Of a stretch of DNA of 64,000 nucleotides, positions 61,135 to 64,000 are shown in pieces (within the stretch, counting starts at the first letter, position 1; every line of letters begins with the position of its first letter). Location of the stretch: positions 18,476,001-18,540,000 of the forward strand of contig NC_087257.1 in NCBI RefSeq assembly GCF_037042905.1, given 5' to 3'. The notes beneath the pieces were generated by a model. That model had not been told where the DNA came from. It saw nothing but the letters and a program-made list of their open reading frames with translations, and ran no database searches. This DNA is from Lytechinus pictus. Taxonomy: Eukaryota. The position numbers and the translations under genes were made by a program.

Positions 61135-63317
61135 GTACAAATGACGTCTCAAATTTCTATCCCAACAAGGAATTTCTCCATAAAGTCAAAATATTAAGTT
61201 ACAATCGTTAGGATGGGGCAAAATACAGTCTTATTCGTGTTATAGGTAGGCCTACATTAATTTTAACGAATGCGAGGTCAAATAAGGTCCTTACAGAAAT
61301 TAAAAGAACTCGACATTTATTATCCATTCGAAGTCATTAAGAATGATATGTGGCATAATTTCCAATATTTTATGATCAAAAAGCGATAAAAATTCATGCT
61401 ATGTGTCAATTATATTCATCGAGAAAGCAGACAAAAGCAATTAAAACTACTTATGAAGAAATGATAACAATTTCCAATTATCTGCTGGTGGCTGTATGTT
61501 CTTTAATAAAACTGTTAGGCAGTCACGCACATTTCATTTTGCTAAGCAATTCCACGACATATAATCATGTTAATAATTTTAAAGAGAGAAAGCACATTCT
61601 CTTTAGGCCGTAATAAGTTTAATTGGTATAAAATTTGGTAAAAGTAACGGGCATTTCTCTTGGTTAAGAGGGATATAAATCACTCTGTTTAAAGAGTGAG
61701 AACATTCATTATTCACCTTGAAAATGCCAGAAAAGGTGAAACACTTGAAAATTTATTCTGATCACTATATGACCCAAACTATGGACCTTTTCACACGTGA
61801 ATCTTGAATCATCAGTGTAATAATCAATTCGTCTTTAGAATCATAGGACCTTTCACATGCTCGTTCCAAAACTGATTTGAATTCGAAATTCCGAGCGAAG
61901 GCGGTATGTGTCCCAAGTTGGTGACTTGTCAATCAAAGCTCTGCATCGCAAATACAAACTACGATGAGTGCATGACGATATTGTATTATCTACGGAAGTG
62001 CTTGACAGGTCACGTAAGCTCCGCCCCCAAAAATATATTTTGGAGGTCAAACCTTTCACACGCAAATTCGTACCGTAATTTGAGTGAAACTTAACTGGAA
62101 TTCACCTCCGGAATAGAATTTGAATTCGTGATTGTGATTAGCGTTCGTGATTCTAATCACGTTCTAGTTTGGTTTCACACGTTCTAAAAATACGCCATCA
62201 GCCTTATTTTCACTGGAATCATTCAAATTACGATTTTTTTCTTACCATGTGAAAGGGCGGCATGTGCAATATGTTATACCCGATCCGTTTTTATTGCGTC
62301 ATCGTGATGTCATATTGTATATTAATACACTTTTTAGGTTCATTGACCAGTTTGACCTCCAACCGGGGTCCATAGTCGGTTTGTTGGCTGGACATCATTT
62401 TGATCTGCGATTAGGATAAAGAAGCCTGCTTGCCAATGAATGAATTTTATTTAAAAAAATAGTTTTGCACTATTCTTGTATTGATATTCCTTTAGTTCTT
62501 AGAGATAGTAAAATTTCATTCGATTGTCTGCGTGATATATTACAATTAACTCTCCGATCGCACTGTCGATGCTTTACCTCACTTCTTGGAAATAATTATT
62601 TATAAATTCATTTTGAAAAGCCTTCCCAAAGGGATTCTTCTGCGGGTCTGTATTTTATGCTGTACTTCGAGTGAGCTAGGTAGGGCTCCCTCTTCCGAAC
62701 AATTTTGCAAATTTGAATGAACTACTGCATTTGGTTATCTCTGCAAGAATCACATTTCGCAATTTTAATGCATAATATGCCAAGCATGAAATCAAGAATA
62801 AAATTGCCTGCAGTTATGCTTATGCCTCATAAATTAGTTGCTAACAAAATAATATAATAAATACACAAATATAAGATTTACAGCAAAGGGCTTTTTATTG
62901 AGACTATTATGCAGAATATCTATCTCAAAAAAAGAAAGAAAGATATCTAGCCATTAGGCAGCATTGACTATAAATTACAAAGATTCCAATCATGAAATTT
63001 ACCATTAGCATTCGAATGCATTTGTGCCAAACCTATTATCGTAAAGGATATTGTGGCTTTTGAGTTTGACATTCGAGTATCTATCTTTGTGAATATCATT
63101 TGTATAGTGGTGAGTGATAGATCGATGATAAATCTATTATATGAAATTTATACCAATAGCCAAGGCCGGTATTGTGGAATTTATTTTAACTTTCATCTTA
63201 TTTTTATTTGCCATACTTGATCAGAAATGAGCTGTGCCATTGCATGGCTTAATATCGTGCACTTTCCTGTTTGTGACTTGTGTGTTTTGGTCCATGCTGG
63301 GTGTAATTTTCCACACT

Positions 63318-63714
63318 TTAAAGGGATGGTCGGGGGTGAAAGTATTTATATCTTAATAAATAGAGTAAAATTGCACTCCAGTGAAAACCGATAATAAAGT
63401 CATGCTCTGTTTCAGTCGAAGAATGATTAATTATACAAGCACTGTTTGTTTTACCAGGGAAGCTATTGAAATACCAGCGGTTTCACATGTAATAACATGT
63501 AATAACATAAGAAAACGGAAAGTGGGGATGTGACATCATCAGCCCACCTAATGAATATTCATGACGACTGTTTTCACAAAATATTGCTTAACTTTAAACT
63601 TCAATAACTTTATTATTTGTTATCCGATTTTGATGAAATTTTCGGCATTTTGCTCAGTAAATTCTACTTTATGTATTTATATATAAATATTTTCAGCCCG
63701 GACCATCCCTTTAA
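63318..63714. mobile_element. TTAA-flanked MITE carrying a captured inverted copy of 59188-59306
   Basis: TTAAAGGGATGGTCGGGGGTGAAA ... TTTCAGCCCGGACCATCCCTTTAA. 63370-63488 is the reverse complement of 59188-59306. Confidence 0.85.
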
Positions 63715-64000
63715 CACATCACAATTCAGAACGCCTTTAAAATTAATACGACAATTACAATAATGGAGGTAGAGTGAACTGAAAGGTTAAACAATGCTTA
63801 GAATACTGGCCCAGAATCATGTAGCTGACTTTGCCCCTTTAAACATATTCCAGTCAGTGGCGTCGATCCATGTATCGGATAAGAGGGGAAGGGGGGGGGG
63901 GTGTGAAAAATAAAAATGTCCTATATTTTTATTCTTTAAAGTATCTTTAATGTGTCTTTTCACTGCTTCATAGAACTTGCATTGCATGTTAACATTAATT

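Noticed and set aside
51000-64000. Additional host protein-coding exons or snRNA/rRNA genes
   Set aside because: None recognisable by eye; the short ORFs are low-complexity or repeat-derived. Small exons of a large gene cannot be excluded without RNA-seq.

Overview
AT-rich, intron-rich animal genomic DNA. The repeat landscape (TTAA-flanked MITEs, a Deu-domain SINE, G-runs) suggests an echinoderm such as a sea urchin; that is inference only. Three spliced genes were reconstructed by hand from GT-AG boundaries with consistent phases. (1) The 5' six coding exons of glutamine-dependent asparagine synthetase (ASNS, minus strand; the gene runs off the left edge). (2) A complete 12-exon, 667-aa PLAT + lipoxygenase gene (plus strand, 12238-24985) with all five iron ligands, an MGxxxS N-terminus and Ala at the Coffa stereo-determinant site. 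(3) A complete 19-exon, 1225-aa DHX8/PRP22 spliceosomal DEAH helicase (minus strand, 30776-45718). The last lipoxygenase intron holds a 3.5-kb L2/CR1-group LINE with an intact endonuclease-RT ORF, and an adjacent tandem duplication preserves the pre-insertion site. The most unusual pattern is four local tandem duplications of exon edges. One of them places four decoy 3' splice sites, all leading to premature stops or frameshifts, in front of the Walker-A exon of DHX8, the helicase known to proofread 3' splice-site use. No host coding exons were recognisable from 46 to 64 kb. There are two assembly gaps. All alignments were by eye; no searches were run.
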